Shown here: piece by piece, positions 8,682-17,913 of the stretch | How positions within the stretch are numbered: the first letter of the stretch is position 1 | How the letters are laid out: each line of letters opens with the position of its first letter | Made by a program: the position numbers and the translations under genes | Origin: Patescibacteria group bacterium | GTDB taxonomy: Bacteria > Patescibacteriota > Patescibacteriia > UBA9934 > GWF2-40-263 | Length of the DNA stretch: 64,000 nt | Assembly: GCA_004297215.1 (NCBI GenBank) | Contig: SCUM01000001.1 | Span: 678,716 to 742,715 of the forward strand | Reading direction: 5' to 3' | Notes under the pieces: model-generated | What the model saw: only the letters and a program-made list of their open reading frames with translations | Told to the model about the DNA's origin: nothing | The model's database searches: none

Positions 8682-9242
8682 ATGAGCACCAACGCAAGTA
8701 AAAACCAATCGCAAAAATGCCCGCACTGCGGAGCATTGATGCGCGAATACTGGCACCGGCTCACACCTGGGCTAGTTTCGGCGCTGGTGAAACTTCATCG
8801 GGCAGTCCGTTACTACAACCGGAACCGCATACACATCCACGACGACATGAAGATCGGCGCACGGCCTGACTTCCGCCTGACTGACAACGAATGGACAAAC
8901 TTCACCAAGCTGCGCTTCCACGCGCTCGCAGCAAAGATCGACGATGAAAGCAGCCACTCCGGCTTCTGGCTGATAACGCGGAGAGGCGCGCAATTCCTGC
9001 GCGGACTGACGGCCGTGCCCCAGCGAGTGAAGACGTACCGGAACCGCGTGATTGACCACGACGAAAAGCTGGTGACGATCCGCGACTACCAGCGAAAAGT
9101 CACATGGTTTGAGCGCGAGTTCGACTACGACATCGCTATGCCGGAGACAAAGGTCGAGCTGCCGGCGCTGATGCCAATCTCCCTCGGCGTTGTCTACCGC
9201 TTCGAGATGGCAAGAGAACCGCAGCGACAGCTGTTCGCATAA
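8682..9242 (+). CDS. Hypothetical phage protein with an N-terminal zinc ribbon (CPHCG).
   Basis: 186-aa ORF, co-oriented in the replication region. Confidence 0.55.
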   Translation: MSTNASKNQSQKCPHCGALMREYWHRLTPGLVSALVKLHRAVRYYNRNRIHIHDDMKIGARPDFRLTDNEWTNFTKLRFHALAAKIDDESSHSGFWLITRRGAQFLRGLTAVPQRVKTYRNRVIDHDEKLVTIRDYQRKVTWFEREFDYDIAMPETKVELPALMPISLGVVYRFEMAREPQRQLFA

Positions 9243-9246
9243 AGTT

Positions 9247-10041
9247 ATGGACAACGAAAAACCCACAAACGAATACGGACACGAAAAACCCACTGAACTG
9301 CAGATGGCCGATTTCCTCATGAACCGAGGAATCGACTCAATGGAAAAACTGCAGGAGCTTTTTGAGCCGCATTACTTTGTGGTAATTCCGATCGAAATTC
9401 TGGAGCGGAAGGACTTGAGCCCGAACGGCAAGCTGCTCTACGGAGAAATCTCCGCGCTCACAAAAAGGCACGGCTACTGTATCGCCACCGACAAGTATCT
9501 CGGCCAGCGGCTGTGCATCAAGCAGCGCACCATCCGGAAGCTGATGCTGGAGCTGGAGTCGAAAGAACTGATAATACGCGACACAAATAAGAGCGCCAAA
9601 GGAACATACCGCAGGATTTACCTGACATGGAGATGCCCACCCGTAGGCAAAAATATGCCTACCCCTAGGCATAAAGAGTCCCACCAGGAAGGCATGAATG
9701 TTCCTACCAAAAGAGAAATAGACAAAGAGAAATTAAAAAAAGAATCAGAGAGTGTTGTCGCGGACTTCGAAAAATTCTGGCATGCCTATCCGAACAAAAA
9801 AGCAAAGAAGCTGGCGCTGCAGAAATGGATGCACATCAGCCCTTCGCCCGAGCTAGCCGAGAAAATTATGAAAGCCATCGAGGCGGCCAAAAAGACCGAC
9901 CAATGGAAGCGCGACAAAGGTCGATACATCCCGCATCCGGCAACTTACCTGAATCAAGAGCGCTGGGAGGACGAGCTGAAAGCCGACAGCCCCAAGACAG
10001 GCGCAGGCAAATTTGAAAGCATAAAAAGCACAAAAGTATGA
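9247..10041 (+). CDS. Phage replication initiator or replisome organiser (winged-HTH domain protein).
   Basis: HTH-like LSPNGKLLYGEISALTKRHGYCIATDKYL...RTIRKLMLELE. C-terminus FEKFWHAYPNKKAKKLALQKW. Sits directly upstream of a DnaC-like loader. Confidence 0.55.
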   Translation: MDNEKPTNEYGHEKPTELQMADFLMNRGIDSMEKLQELFEPHYFVVIPIEILERKDLSPNGKLLYGEISALTKRHGYCIATDKYLGQRLCIKQRTIRKLMLELESKELIIRDTNKSAKGTYRRIYLTWRCPPVGKNMPTPRHKESHQEGMNVPTKREIDKEKLKKESESVVADFEKFWHAYPNKKAKKLALQKWMHISPSPELAEKIMKAIEAAKKTDQWKRDKGRYIPHPATYLNQERWEDELKADSPKTGAGKFESIKSTKV

Positions 10042-10574
10042 AAACACCAGCACGATACGAAAAAGCAAACTGGGAAGAGGTGCCGGCCAAAATCCAGCAG
10101 GCATTTGAGTCAATGCTTAAAGGCGGAAAAGGCATCTACCTCCACGGAGGCGTGGGCACCGGCAAGACGCACATCTGCTTTGCCCTGAAAAAACACTACG
10201 AGGTGCCTCAAAGCTGGCGCTACCTGACTCTCTGGAATGTGGTCGACCTTATCCACGAAATCCGTGCTGATATCGACCGCCACTACCTCGACAAGAGGCG
10301 AGCCGAGGACGATCTGACCAATCCCGAAAACCGGCGCATCCTGATCCTCGATGACATTGGGGCCGAGAGGGCGACGGACTTTGTGGCAGAAACGCTCTAC
10401 CGGATCATCAATCATCGCTACATTCACCAGCTGCCCACAATTTTCACCAGCAACTGCAACACGCAGGAACTTGCTGAAAAAATCGGAGAGCGCAGCACCT
10501 CGCGCATCGTAGAAATGTGCGACATTTACGAGCTGACCGGCAGCGACCGGCGAATAGCCGGCAACTCCCAATAA
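10038..10574 (+). CDS. DnaC/IstB-like helicase loader ATPase.
   Basis: Walker A GGVGTGKTH and Walker B ILILDDIG. Confidence 0.85.
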   Translation: MKTPARYEKANWEEVPAKIQQAFESMLKGGKGIYLHGGVGTGKTHICFALKKHYEVPQSWRYLTLWNVVDLIHEIRADIDRHYLDKRRAEDDLTNPENRRILILDDIGAERATDFVAETLYRIINHRYIHQLPTIFTSNCNTQELAEKIGERSTSRIVEMCDIYELTGSDRRIAGNSQ

Positions 10575-10593
10575 GTCCCAATTTTGAAGCCCT

Positions 10594-11031
10594 ATGAAGA
10601 TTGCATTCACCATCAAAGGAAATCAGGAAGACCCGCACGGCAACCCACTGCCGAAGATTAAAAAGACGCGGAATTCATACTGGACGAAAGAAGCCCAGCG
10701 CTATGCCGCGTGGAAGCGCTATGTGCAGATGCAATTCATAGGCGCTGTCCGGACGCAGGCAGGCCCCGACGAATGGAACAAGGCAAAGCGCCGGATTGCC
10801 TGCGGAGAAAAGCCGATAGCTCTTCCCCAAGGCGCAAAGGCCTCAATGCGCCTCAAAATTCTATGGAAAAACAGAGCACACGCCGATCCGGAGAATGTCT
10901 TCGGCTCAATCGCAGACGCGCTGTTCCAAAACGACAAGAATCTGGCCGGCAGCTTCGACTTTGAGCCGGCCGGCGACGGAATCGGGCGCGTAGAAGCAGA
11001 AATAGCCGTTTTAGAACCACATCAAAAATGA
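10594..11031 (+). CDS. rusA: RusA-family Holliday junction resolvase (putative).
   Basis: 145 aa with ADPENVFGSIADALFQNDKNLAG, which resembles the RusA catalytic D-x-N...K...DAL region. Confidence 0.5.
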   Translation: MKIAFTIKGNQEDPHGNPLPKIKKTRNSYWTKEAQRYAAWKRYVQMQFIGAVRTQAGPDEWNKAKRRIACGEKPIALPQGAKASMRLKILWKNRAHADPENVFGSIADALFQNDKNLAGSFDFEPAGDGIGRVEAEIAVLEPHQK

Positions 11032-11045
11032 TATAATTACATCAG
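11018..11045 (+). promoter_or_regulatory. Recurrent phage promoter motif CACATCAAAAATGATATAATTACATCA (extended -10 TGaTATAAT).
   Basis: Near-identical copies upstream of other operon starts at about 15106, 17100, 28453, 33263 and the cI/cro region. Confidence 0.4.
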
Positions 11046-11171
11046 ACAAGATACACATCCGCGCACGCATCCCTCTCTTCTGGTCGATATGCCCGCGGCC
11101 TATCCCTTACGGGAATTCGGGCATAGGGAGGGAGTCGCGCGCGGAGGTGCAAGCAGTCAAAACCGGCACAT

Positions 11172-12209
11172 ATGTCAAAACAATGGAAAAAATTTGATGC
11201 GCTCCCGAATTACTTCGGAGGCAAGCGCAGAATCATACGGGATATTTTCAAGCGCGTCACCAAGCCAGACGGCGTATTTGTTGATGCATTCCTCGGCGGA
11301 GGATCGGTAAGCATGTGGGCGAAAGCAAAGGGCTACCGCGTTGTATGCAATGACATCGCCGAGCGCTCCTACGCCATCGGCAAGGCGCTCGTAGAAAACA
11401 GCAGAATAAAAATCGCCGACGAGGACGTGGCGCTCCTTTTTCAAAAAACTGAAAACAGCGGCTTTATAGAAAAAAACTATGTGCCGAAAATCATGGTGCG
11501 CAAGACCGCGCAGTTTCTCGACAACGCGTTCGCATCGCTTCGGGCAAACTTCGAGCCGGGCTCGATGCGCTTCTACCTGATGCGCCTGCTTCTCATGAAA
11601 TACGTTGCCGGCACGCGCCAATTCGCAAAATACACGCACACTCGGGACACGATGGACTTGGATGCCGGCAAATTTGAATACCCATTCCGCTCAAAAAGCC
11701 ACGCCTCGCACAATCTGCAGATGATAAGCCATCCTCTGCCGTATCTGCTCAAGCTGAAGGAGCTTATAAACCGAGGCGTTTTTGATAACCACCTGCAGAA
11801 CGAAGTGCACAAGCTCGACGTATTTGAATTTCTGAAAAAAACAAAAGGCGACATCGCATACTTTGACCCGCCCTACCCCGACTCAAGCTCCTACGAAACA
11901 GAATACTACGTCCTCGACTGCATGATTGCCGGAGAAAAAATAGAAAAAGACGACAGCGTGTTCAGCCGGAAAGACGCGCAGGAATTTCTTGACCGAATGT
12001 TTGCATCCGCACTCCACATTCCGCACTGGATTGTGTCTTTAGGCCAGACCAATCCCGACCGAGGCATCAGCCCCGAGGAGCTGCTGGAGATGGTACGCAA
12101 ATACCGGAAAGCCGACGTGGAAGTGCTGGAGCACCGCTGGTCAATCTCCAACATCGTCGGCAAAAAGCAGACAGAGGGCAATGTTGAATACATCGTTTAC
12201 ACCATATGA
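11172..12209 (+). CDS. Dam-family (D12 class) N6-adenine DNA methyltransferase with no adjacent endonuclease (orphan).
   Basis: N-terminal YFGGKRR motif and catalytic DPPY (AYFDPPYPD). Confidence 0.85.
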   Translation: MSKQWKKFDALPNYFGGKRRIIRDIFKRVTKPDGVFVDAFLGGGSVSMWAKAKGYRVVCNDIAERSYAIGKALVENSRIKIADEDVALLFQKTENSGFIEKNYVPKIMVRKTAQFLDNAFASLRANFEPGSMRFYLMRLLLMKYVAGTRQFAKYTHTRDTMDLDAGKFEYPFRSKSHASHNLQMISHPLPYLLKLKELINRGVFDNHLQNEVHKLDVFEFLKKTKGDIAYFDPPYPDSSSYETEYYVLDCMIAGEKIEKDDSVFSRKDAQEFLDRMFASALHIPHWIVSLGQTNPDRGISPEELLEMVRKYRKADVEVLEHRWSISNIVGKKQTEGNVEYIVYTI

Positions 12210-12973
12210 AAAAACAAGGAAAAGAACTCAAGACAGAAATCGTTCCGATCGGCTCATGCAAGCCGAACCCGTGGAATCCAAACCGGATGAACCGGAAGGA
12301 ATTTGAGGCGCTCAAGCTGTCCGTTAAAGAGCACGGCCAAACCAAGCCGATTCAAGTCCGCCGGCACGGCAAAGGCATGCAGATACTCGGCGGATTCCAC
12401 ACATGGTCGGCAATGAAAGAGCTCGGCCTCGAGACAATCGCCGTGAACATCCACGAGCTCAATGACGACGATGCGCAGATTTACTCGCTGCAGGACAACA
12501 TCGGCGGGCAGGACGACCTGCTCAAGCTCGGCATGCTCGTCTATGAGCTGACGAAGCGCGGTCACACTATCGAGAAAATCGCCAAAGTGTACGGACAGGA
12601 AGAAGAAACGCTGAAAGACGCGCTCAAAGTGGCCGAAGAAGAGGCAAACGAGCAGCTGAAAAAACTAAAAGAAGAAGTGGAGCGCCCGCATTTAGTCGAG
12701 GTGAGCTTTATCGTGGATGAAGACCCGAAAGAGCGCATCGCGCAGTTTGTGAAAGACGTCGCCGAATTCGCAAAATCACGCGGCGCGAATGTTGTTGAGA
12801 CGAAAGAAAAAATAAATCCAAAGCGCGTGACCATTTCGCTGATTACGTTCAGCGTCACTGCACCGCAGGCGACGGTAATCAATGAGGCCATTGACTCGCT
12901 GGCGAAAAGCGAGAAAGCAACGCGATCGAGAGCGCTGGAGCTTATCTGCGCCGACTGGCTGGCAGGAAAATAA
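12206..12973 (+). CDS. ParB-like nuclease-domain protein.
   Basis: N-terminus IVPIGSCKPNPWNPNRM...ILGGFHTWSAMKELGLETIAV has the ParB/Srx fold signature. Acidic coiled-coil C-terminus. Confidence 0.65.
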   Translation: MKKQGKELKTEIVPIGSCKPNPWNPNRMNRKEFEALKLSVKEHGQTKPIQVRRHGKGMQILGGFHTWSAMKELGLETIAVNIHELNDDDAQIYSLQDNIGGQDDLLKLGMLVYELTKRGHTIEKIAKVYGQEEETLKDALKVAEEEANEQLKKLKEEVERPHLVEVSFIVDEDPKERIAQFVKDVAEFAKSRGANVVETKEKINPKRVTISLITFSVTAPQATVINEAIDSLAKSEKATRSRALELICADWLAGK

Positions 12974-12978
12974 ACACT

Positions 12979-13431
12979 ATGGCAAAGCGCGACAAAAACA
13001 GCAAAGCATGCCGGGACGCCGTCCGCCTCAAGTATGAAGGCGTGCCTTATGCTGACATCGCAAAACAGACGCGCGTGCCGAAAACCACCATCGACAACTG
13101 GTTCGAGAAGAACGGACTTCTTCACAATGCCTATGAAGAATATGCGCTCGAGATGGACGCGCTCATCAGAAAAGAAAATCTTGCTGACATCCGGCGCGGA
13201 GCACAGACCGCAATCAAAATGCTCACCGCGCTCATGGGAAGCAAAAGCGACTTCGTAAAACTAAATGCTGCAAACAGCCTGCTTGACCGCTGGCTCGGGA
13301 AGGCAAAGCAGCCGATCGAGCTTCCGCCTGATCCTACTGATCCTGACGATATGAGCTACGAGCAACGGCTGGCGCTTTTTGAAAAAACCTATGGAAAACC
13401 GCCTGCCAACAATTCAGACAAGCGAAAGTAA
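12979..13431 (+). CDS. Terminase small subunit (putative).
   Basis: 150 aa with an N-terminal HTH (VPYADIAKQTRVPKTTIDNWFEKNG). Immediately upstream of and overlapping the large terminase. Confidence 0.5.
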   Translation: MAKRDKNSKACRDAVRLKYEGVPYADIAKQTRVPKTTIDNWFEKNGLLHNAYEEYALEMDALIRKENLADIRRGAQTAIKMLTALMGSKSDFVKLNAANSLLDRWLGKAKQPIELPPDPTDPDDMSYEQRLALFEKTYGKPPANNSDKRK

Positions 13432-15091
13432 GATCAGCGCTCTGCGCGAAGTGTACGGATGGTACCAGGACGAGCCGAGATCATTCATAGAGCACAACCT
13501 CCTGATCAAGACAAAATCGGGGGAGCTGAAACCGCTCGCATTCAACTCTCCGCAGCTGATCATTTACGGAGTCATCCAGCGCATCAAACAGGAGGGCAAG
13601 CCGATCCGTATCATTGTGCCGAAAGCGCGGCGAGAAGGCGTCTCGACGCTGGCCGAAGCGCTTATTTTTCACCGGACGGTGCGGAAGCGAAACACACACT
13701 CGCTGGTTATTGCGCATGATCCGGAAACAACAGACGAAATCTTTTCAATGTCCAAGCTCTTCTACGACGGCCTGCCGAGAAAAGAAAAACCGCTCGTCCG
13801 GTACAACAATAAAAAGCAGCTGGTCTTTGAGAATCCCGATCCAAAAACGCGCATTGAAGAGCCGGGCATCCGGTCGAAGATGACCATTGCAACTGCCGAC
13901 AAAGTAAAGATCGGCCGAGGCCTCAACATTCACTGCTTTCACGCCTCCGAGGTGGCGTTTTGGAAAGACGCAAAGACGCTGATGCTCGCGGCACTGCAGG
14001 CAGTCCCCGACCTGCCCGACACCATAGTGATTGTTGAGAGCACCGCAAACGGCGTTGCCGGAACCGGCAAATACTTCTACGACTTTGTGCAGGAAGCGCT
14101 GGAGAATAAAAACGATTTTCAGGTGATATTTCTTCCGTGGTTTCTTATGCCGGAATACGAGCGCGCATTTGCCAGCAGAGAAGAAAAAGAAAAGTTTGCG
14201 AGGTCGCTTGATGCGTACGAAAAATGGCTGCCGACCGAGATGGCCAAATACGGAATCTCCGATCCGGACGCAATACTTGAAAAGCTGAACTGGCGCAGAT
14301 GGGCTATCCCGAACAAAGCCGGTGGGTCCGCCGAGGATTTCAAGCAGGAGTATCCGGCAACACTGCAGGAGGCATTCATTGCATCGACAAATGCAGTCAT
14401 CCCGAAAGAGCTGATAGAGGCGCAGCGAAAATTCATCCGGAAACCCCTTCCTGTCCAGGCATTTGCCGAAAACAGAAAGGCACTCGCGCTTACCGATGCA
14501 GGCGTGGAGATTTACGAGCTTCCTCAAAAAGGCCACTTCTACTCTCTCGGCGCGGACAGCGCAGAAGGCGAAGGAGGAGACGACGGCGCTCTCACAGTAT
14601 TCAGCCGAAGAACCGGACGCGAAGTGGCGTCATTCGCCAGTGACCGCCTTCCGCCGGAAGAACTGGCAAAGCTTGCTCTCAACCTCGCGATGTATTTCAA
14701 CAATGCGCTGATTGTGCCGGAAATAAATCATCCGGGGCCGGCGATGCTTGCCGTCTTCAAAAAATCCGGGTACCCGAACATCTACCGGCGCGAAGTAATC
14801 GATAAAATAACCAATGCAAAGACCCGCAAGCTCGGCTGGCGCACTAACTCCCTCACCAAGCCGATGATGGTACAGGACTTCAAGCAAGGCATGCGCGAAG
14901 AGGAGATCGGACTTTCATGCGAATCCACGGTCAACCAAATGCTCACATTTATAAGAACCGATGAGCGTGGCCTGCACGGCATGGGAGCGGAAAACGGCGA
15001 CGGCGCCCCAAAGGAAAACCGCAACAAGGACGACCGGCTAATATCCGCAATGCTTGCGTGGCAGGGCATGAAGGAGCTTCCAGCCAGATAA
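13379..15091 (+). CDS. Terminase large subunit.
   Basis: 570 aa. ATPase segment IIVPKARREGVST. Nuclease-domain acidic residues. Typical size and position. Confidence 0.8.
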   Translation: MKKPMENRLPTIQTSESKISALREVYGWYQDEPRSFIEHNLLIKTKSGELKPLAFNSPQLIIYGVIQRIKQEGKPIRIIVPKARREGVSTLAEALIFHRTVRKRNTHSLVIAHDPETTDEIFSMSKLFYDGLPRKEKPLVRYNNKKQLVFENPDPKTRIEEPGIRSKMTIATADKVKIGRGLNIHCFHASEVAFWKDAKTLMLAALQAVPDLPDTIVIVESTANGVAGTGKYFYDFVQEALENKNDFQVIFLPWFLMPEYERAFASREEKEKFARSLDAYEKWLPTEMAKYGISDPDAILEKLNWRRWAIPNKAGGSAEDFKQEYPATLQEAFIASTNAVIPKELIEAQRKFIRKPLPVQAFAENRKALALTDAGVEIYELPQKGHFYSLGADSAEGEGGDDGALTVFSRRTGREVASFASDRLPPEELAKLALNLAMYFNNALIVPEINHPGPAMLAVFKKSGYPNIYRREVIDKITNAKTRKLGWRTNSLTKPMMVQDFKQGMREEEIGLSCESTVNQMLTFIRTDERGLHGMGAENGDGAPKENRNKDDRLISAMLAWQGMKELPAR

Positions 15092-15101
15092 ACCTTTATG
15101 C

Positions 15102-15177
15102 TTGTCCACATCAAAAATGATGTGATATAATCAAACTAACCATACGTCGTAGAAGTCCCCCTAAAATTTCTATGGCG
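15102..15177 (+). promoter_or_regulatory. Phage promoter motif (ACATCAAAAATGATGTGATATAAT) followed by a conserved hairpin TAGAA-GTCCCCCT-loop-TTCTATGG that contains the portal start codon.
   Basis: Direct reading. The same hairpin recurs at 28494-28520. Confidence 0.4.
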
Positions 15178-17070
15178 TCACAACAAGAGCTTGAAAAATT
15201 CAGAACTGAATACGACGAGGCGGTAAAGAACGCCCGCTACTACTTTCACCCAGAGTACGACAAAGCTTACAAACTTTTTGAGTCGTACACCGGAGACCGC
15301 GCCGAGGAACTGGAGCAGCTGACCAGCGGAGAAGTGTGGCAAAGCAATGTATTCATGCCGTACGTCTTCGGCTACATAAAAGCGTATTTGCAAAAGACAG
15401 TCGGCGTCATGCCGGACTTGCGCGTGCAGGGCACGCACGGCGAAGCACTGAAAGAAGTGCTCGAGCTTCTATGGGAATACCGCATGAGCGAAGATCAGAT
15501 CGACTACTTCCTGCAGTGTCTTATTTTCGGCCACACTATCGGCAAGGACTTCCTCAAAAAAGAGGCCGTCAGAACGGTCGAGAAAAAAATCGGACTTATT
15601 GAAAAAGTTAAAAAGCTGTTCCGCAGACAGAAAACAGCCGGCTTTGTGTTTTGGCCTGATTTTGATCCGGTCGATGTCTACAATTTTTTCCGACATGTGC
15701 GCATGCGCAAGCTCTCCGATCCGCTTCCGGTATTCCAGCGCTACGTGATCACGCTTGATGAAGCCAAGGCGCAATACCCCGATGTCCCTGACAGCGCATG
15801 GGCTCGTTTTGTGGATAAAGACGGCAAGCCTCTCTCCGGCATGGGCGACACAACTGACTTCGCCTACGTGCGCAAAGAAGTGCTGCTTGAAATCCGCAAG
15901 AGCATCCGGCACACCACCAAAGCATCGCGCCAGTTCGGCGACGCCAATCCGGGCGTAAACTCCGAGCCGAAATCAAGCGACGTTCTCTTTGAAATCGTCG
16001 AACGCTGGATGGATGACCGCATGACGGTCTTCTGCCCGGGCGGAGGCGTCACCGGCGCGCTCGAAATCAAGGACGGCGCAAACCCGCACGACCACAGCGA
16101 AAAGCCGTTCCGGAAGGTGACGTTCTTCCCTCGCCCGTTCCAATTTGAAGGCATGGGAATGCCAAAGCTCCTCATGCACATGCAGGAGCTCGTGAACTCC
16201 GACACCAATAAAATCGAAGATGCTGTGACAGTGCGCATTAACGGCATGATCGCAGCTGCGCCTGTTGCGCTTCCGGGCTATGACCAGCGCAAGAGCATTG
16301 TTGTCCGGCCGATGGGCATTCTCTGGACGAACGATCCGGCATCGGTGCGCGAAATCCGCTTCGGCGACGTGAATCAGGGGAATTTTGTGCAGATCGACCG
16401 CATCAAGGAAATGATGCGCTTTGTCGCCGGCATCGACGACTACTCAACCCTTCAGGGCTCAAACGGCAAAGAAACTGCGACGGTCGCATCATTCATGCGC
16501 GAAGCAACGCTCGAGGGCGTCAAACTCTTCCTCTTCATGCTTCGAAACGCCTACATCGGCCACTTCGACCACTTTATTTCCATGATAAAGCAGCACTGGA
16601 CGCGCCGGTCTGTCGTGCCGAAGCGCATTCTCGCCGCGCTCGATGACTATACTGACACCGACTTCCCTGTGCTCGAGGAAGGCTGGATCGGTCAGGACGG
16701 CAAGCATGCCCTCTTCCCCGATGAATATGAGCTGTCCGTCGAGCAGGCATCAACGCTGGCCACTTCAACCGAACTCCGCAAGCAGAAAGACCTCGAACTC
16801 TGGGAAAAAATCAAAGATATGCCGGACGATATCGCCGATCCGGAAACCGGCAAAGTGTTCTCCATCAAGAAATTCAAAATACTGGCGCGCATCTTCGAAG
16901 ATTACGGATGGGAGGAAGATCAGTACATCGTGGAAAAGACAGCCCCTGTGCTTCCGGCTCCTTTGCCGGGCTCGACACCTCCCGCAGAAGGCATCACTCC
17001 GCCCGCACCAACCATTCCGCTTCCCGGGCAGGAAGCGGGAGCCAATCTGGGCGGTGCCGTGAGGCAGTAG
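15172..17070 (+). CDS. Portal protein (putative).
   Basis: 632-aa ORF immediately after the large terminase, of typical portal size. Product inferred from position. Confidence 0.55.
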   Translation: MASQQELEKFRTEYDEAVKNARYYFHPEYDKAYKLFESYTGDRAEELEQLTSGEVWQSNVFMPYVFGYIKAYLQKTVGVMPDLRVQGTHGEALKEVLELLWEYRMSEDQIDYFLQCLIFGHTIGKDFLKKEAVRTVEKKIGLIEKVKKLFRRQKTAGFVFWPDFDPVDVYNFFRHVRMRKLSDPLPVFQRYVITLDEAKAQYPDVPDSAWARFVDKDGKPLSGMGDTTDFAYVRKEVLLEIRKSIRHTTKASRQFGDANPGVNSEPKSSDVLFEIVERWMDDRMTVFCPGGGVTGALEIKDGANPHDHSEKPFRKVTFFPRPFQFEGMGMPKLLMHMQELVNSDTNKIEDAVTVRINGMIAAAPVALPGYDQRKSIVVRPMGILWTNDPASVREIRFGDVNQGNFVQIDRIKEMMRFVAGIDDYSTLQGSNGKETATVASFMREATLEGVKLFLFMLRNAYIGHFDHFISMIKQHWTRRSVVPKRILAALDDYTDTDFPVLEEGWIGQDGKHALFPDEYELSVEQASTLATSTELRKQKDLELWEKIKDMPDDIADPETGKVFSIKKFKILARIFEDYGWEEDQYIVEKTAPVLPAPLPGSTPPAEGITPPAPTIPLPGQEAGANLGGAVRQ

Positions 17071-17097
17071 TCCACAGTTAGGGCCATTGTGGACTAC
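17067..17097 (+). terminator. Perfect 10-bp stem hairpin GTAGTCCACA-N11-TGTGGACTAC overlapping the portal stop codon.
   Basis: Direct reading. No U-tract. Followed by a promoter motif at 17106-17122. Confidence 0.35.
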
Positions 17098-17129
17098 ATC
17101 AAAGTTGTATATAATTACATCATAAAGAT

Positions 17130-17456
17130 ATGGCAGAACTTAAACCAACAAAAGGCAAGCCGGCAACGGCAGTCGAAGCTCCAAGCAAGCCGAAACGCGA
17201 GCTTCCGCGCGTGACATTTACCGCCGAGGATATTCCGGAAATAAAAAGCTGGAGCGTCGGCGGAAAATACCGCCTCGAAATGGAAGTCGAGCAGGTGGCA
17301 GCCGAAAAAGACCGCTACGGCTACGACGAGGGAAAGAATCAGCCCCTTACCGCAACATTCAAAGTCACGGCCGTCAAAGCCGTGAGCAAATCAGAAAAAG
17401 AAAGCAACCCGGGCTCCAAAAAGAACCGCCGGAATCCGAATGAACTCGGCTACTAA
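17130..17456 (+). CDS. Hypothetical phage protein.
   Basis: 108-aa ORF preceded by TATAATTACATCA. Confidence 0.5.
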   Translation: MAELKPTKGKPATAVEAPSKPKRELPRVTFTAEDIPEIKSWSVGGKYRLEMEVEQVAAEKDRYGYDEGKNQPLTATFKVTAVKAVSKSEKESNPGSKKNRRNPNELGY

Positions 17457-17733
17457 AATTATGAACGCTGACGCAAACAAAAAAATTGAAGAGCTTTCAC
17501 AGGAAGATGCGCGCGCAATCGCCGATCTTGCCGAAAGCAAATACTTCCTTCCGCTCAAGCATCTCCTCGAAGCGCTGGATGCCGGCGCGACTACGCAGCT
17601 CAAAGACCACAAGAAACCGGATGCCGAGCTGCGCAAATGGCAGGGCGTCTGCGAAGGACTGGCCAACGTGACGCTCTGGATCGAGGCAATCGCAAAACAG
17701 GTCAAGAGCGGAAATAAAACCGGAGGCATATGA
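17440..17733 (+). CDS. Hypothetical phage protein.
   Basis: 97-aa ORF, co-oriented, with normal composition. Confidence 0.45.
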   Translation: MNSATKIMNADANKKIEELSQEDARAIADLAESKYFLPLKHLLEALDAGATTQLKDHKKPDAELRKWQGVCEGLANVTLWIEAIAKQVKSGNKTGGI

Positions 17734-17913
17734 CATACACCTAACACAATCGAACACAAAGAAGCCCCCTAACTTCTTATCAGCAATTGGCCGGCTCAGC
17801 TGACCGGCTAATCGCGGGGTTCTTAGGGGGACTTCTTACGCGATTGCAGGTCAGCCGAGCTGGTCAAAATACCAGCTCGGTTTGTTTGCGGACTACGCAG
17901 GAGCATCTAGGCC

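Noticed and set aside
5287-8756. Long minus-strand ORFs (5287-6231, 6597-7265, 7295-8014, 7479-8756) antisense to recT and the nuclease-FtsK gene.
   Set aside because: The sense strand carries clear RecT and FtsK motifs. The antisense translations are Arg/Ser/Cys-rich with no motifs.
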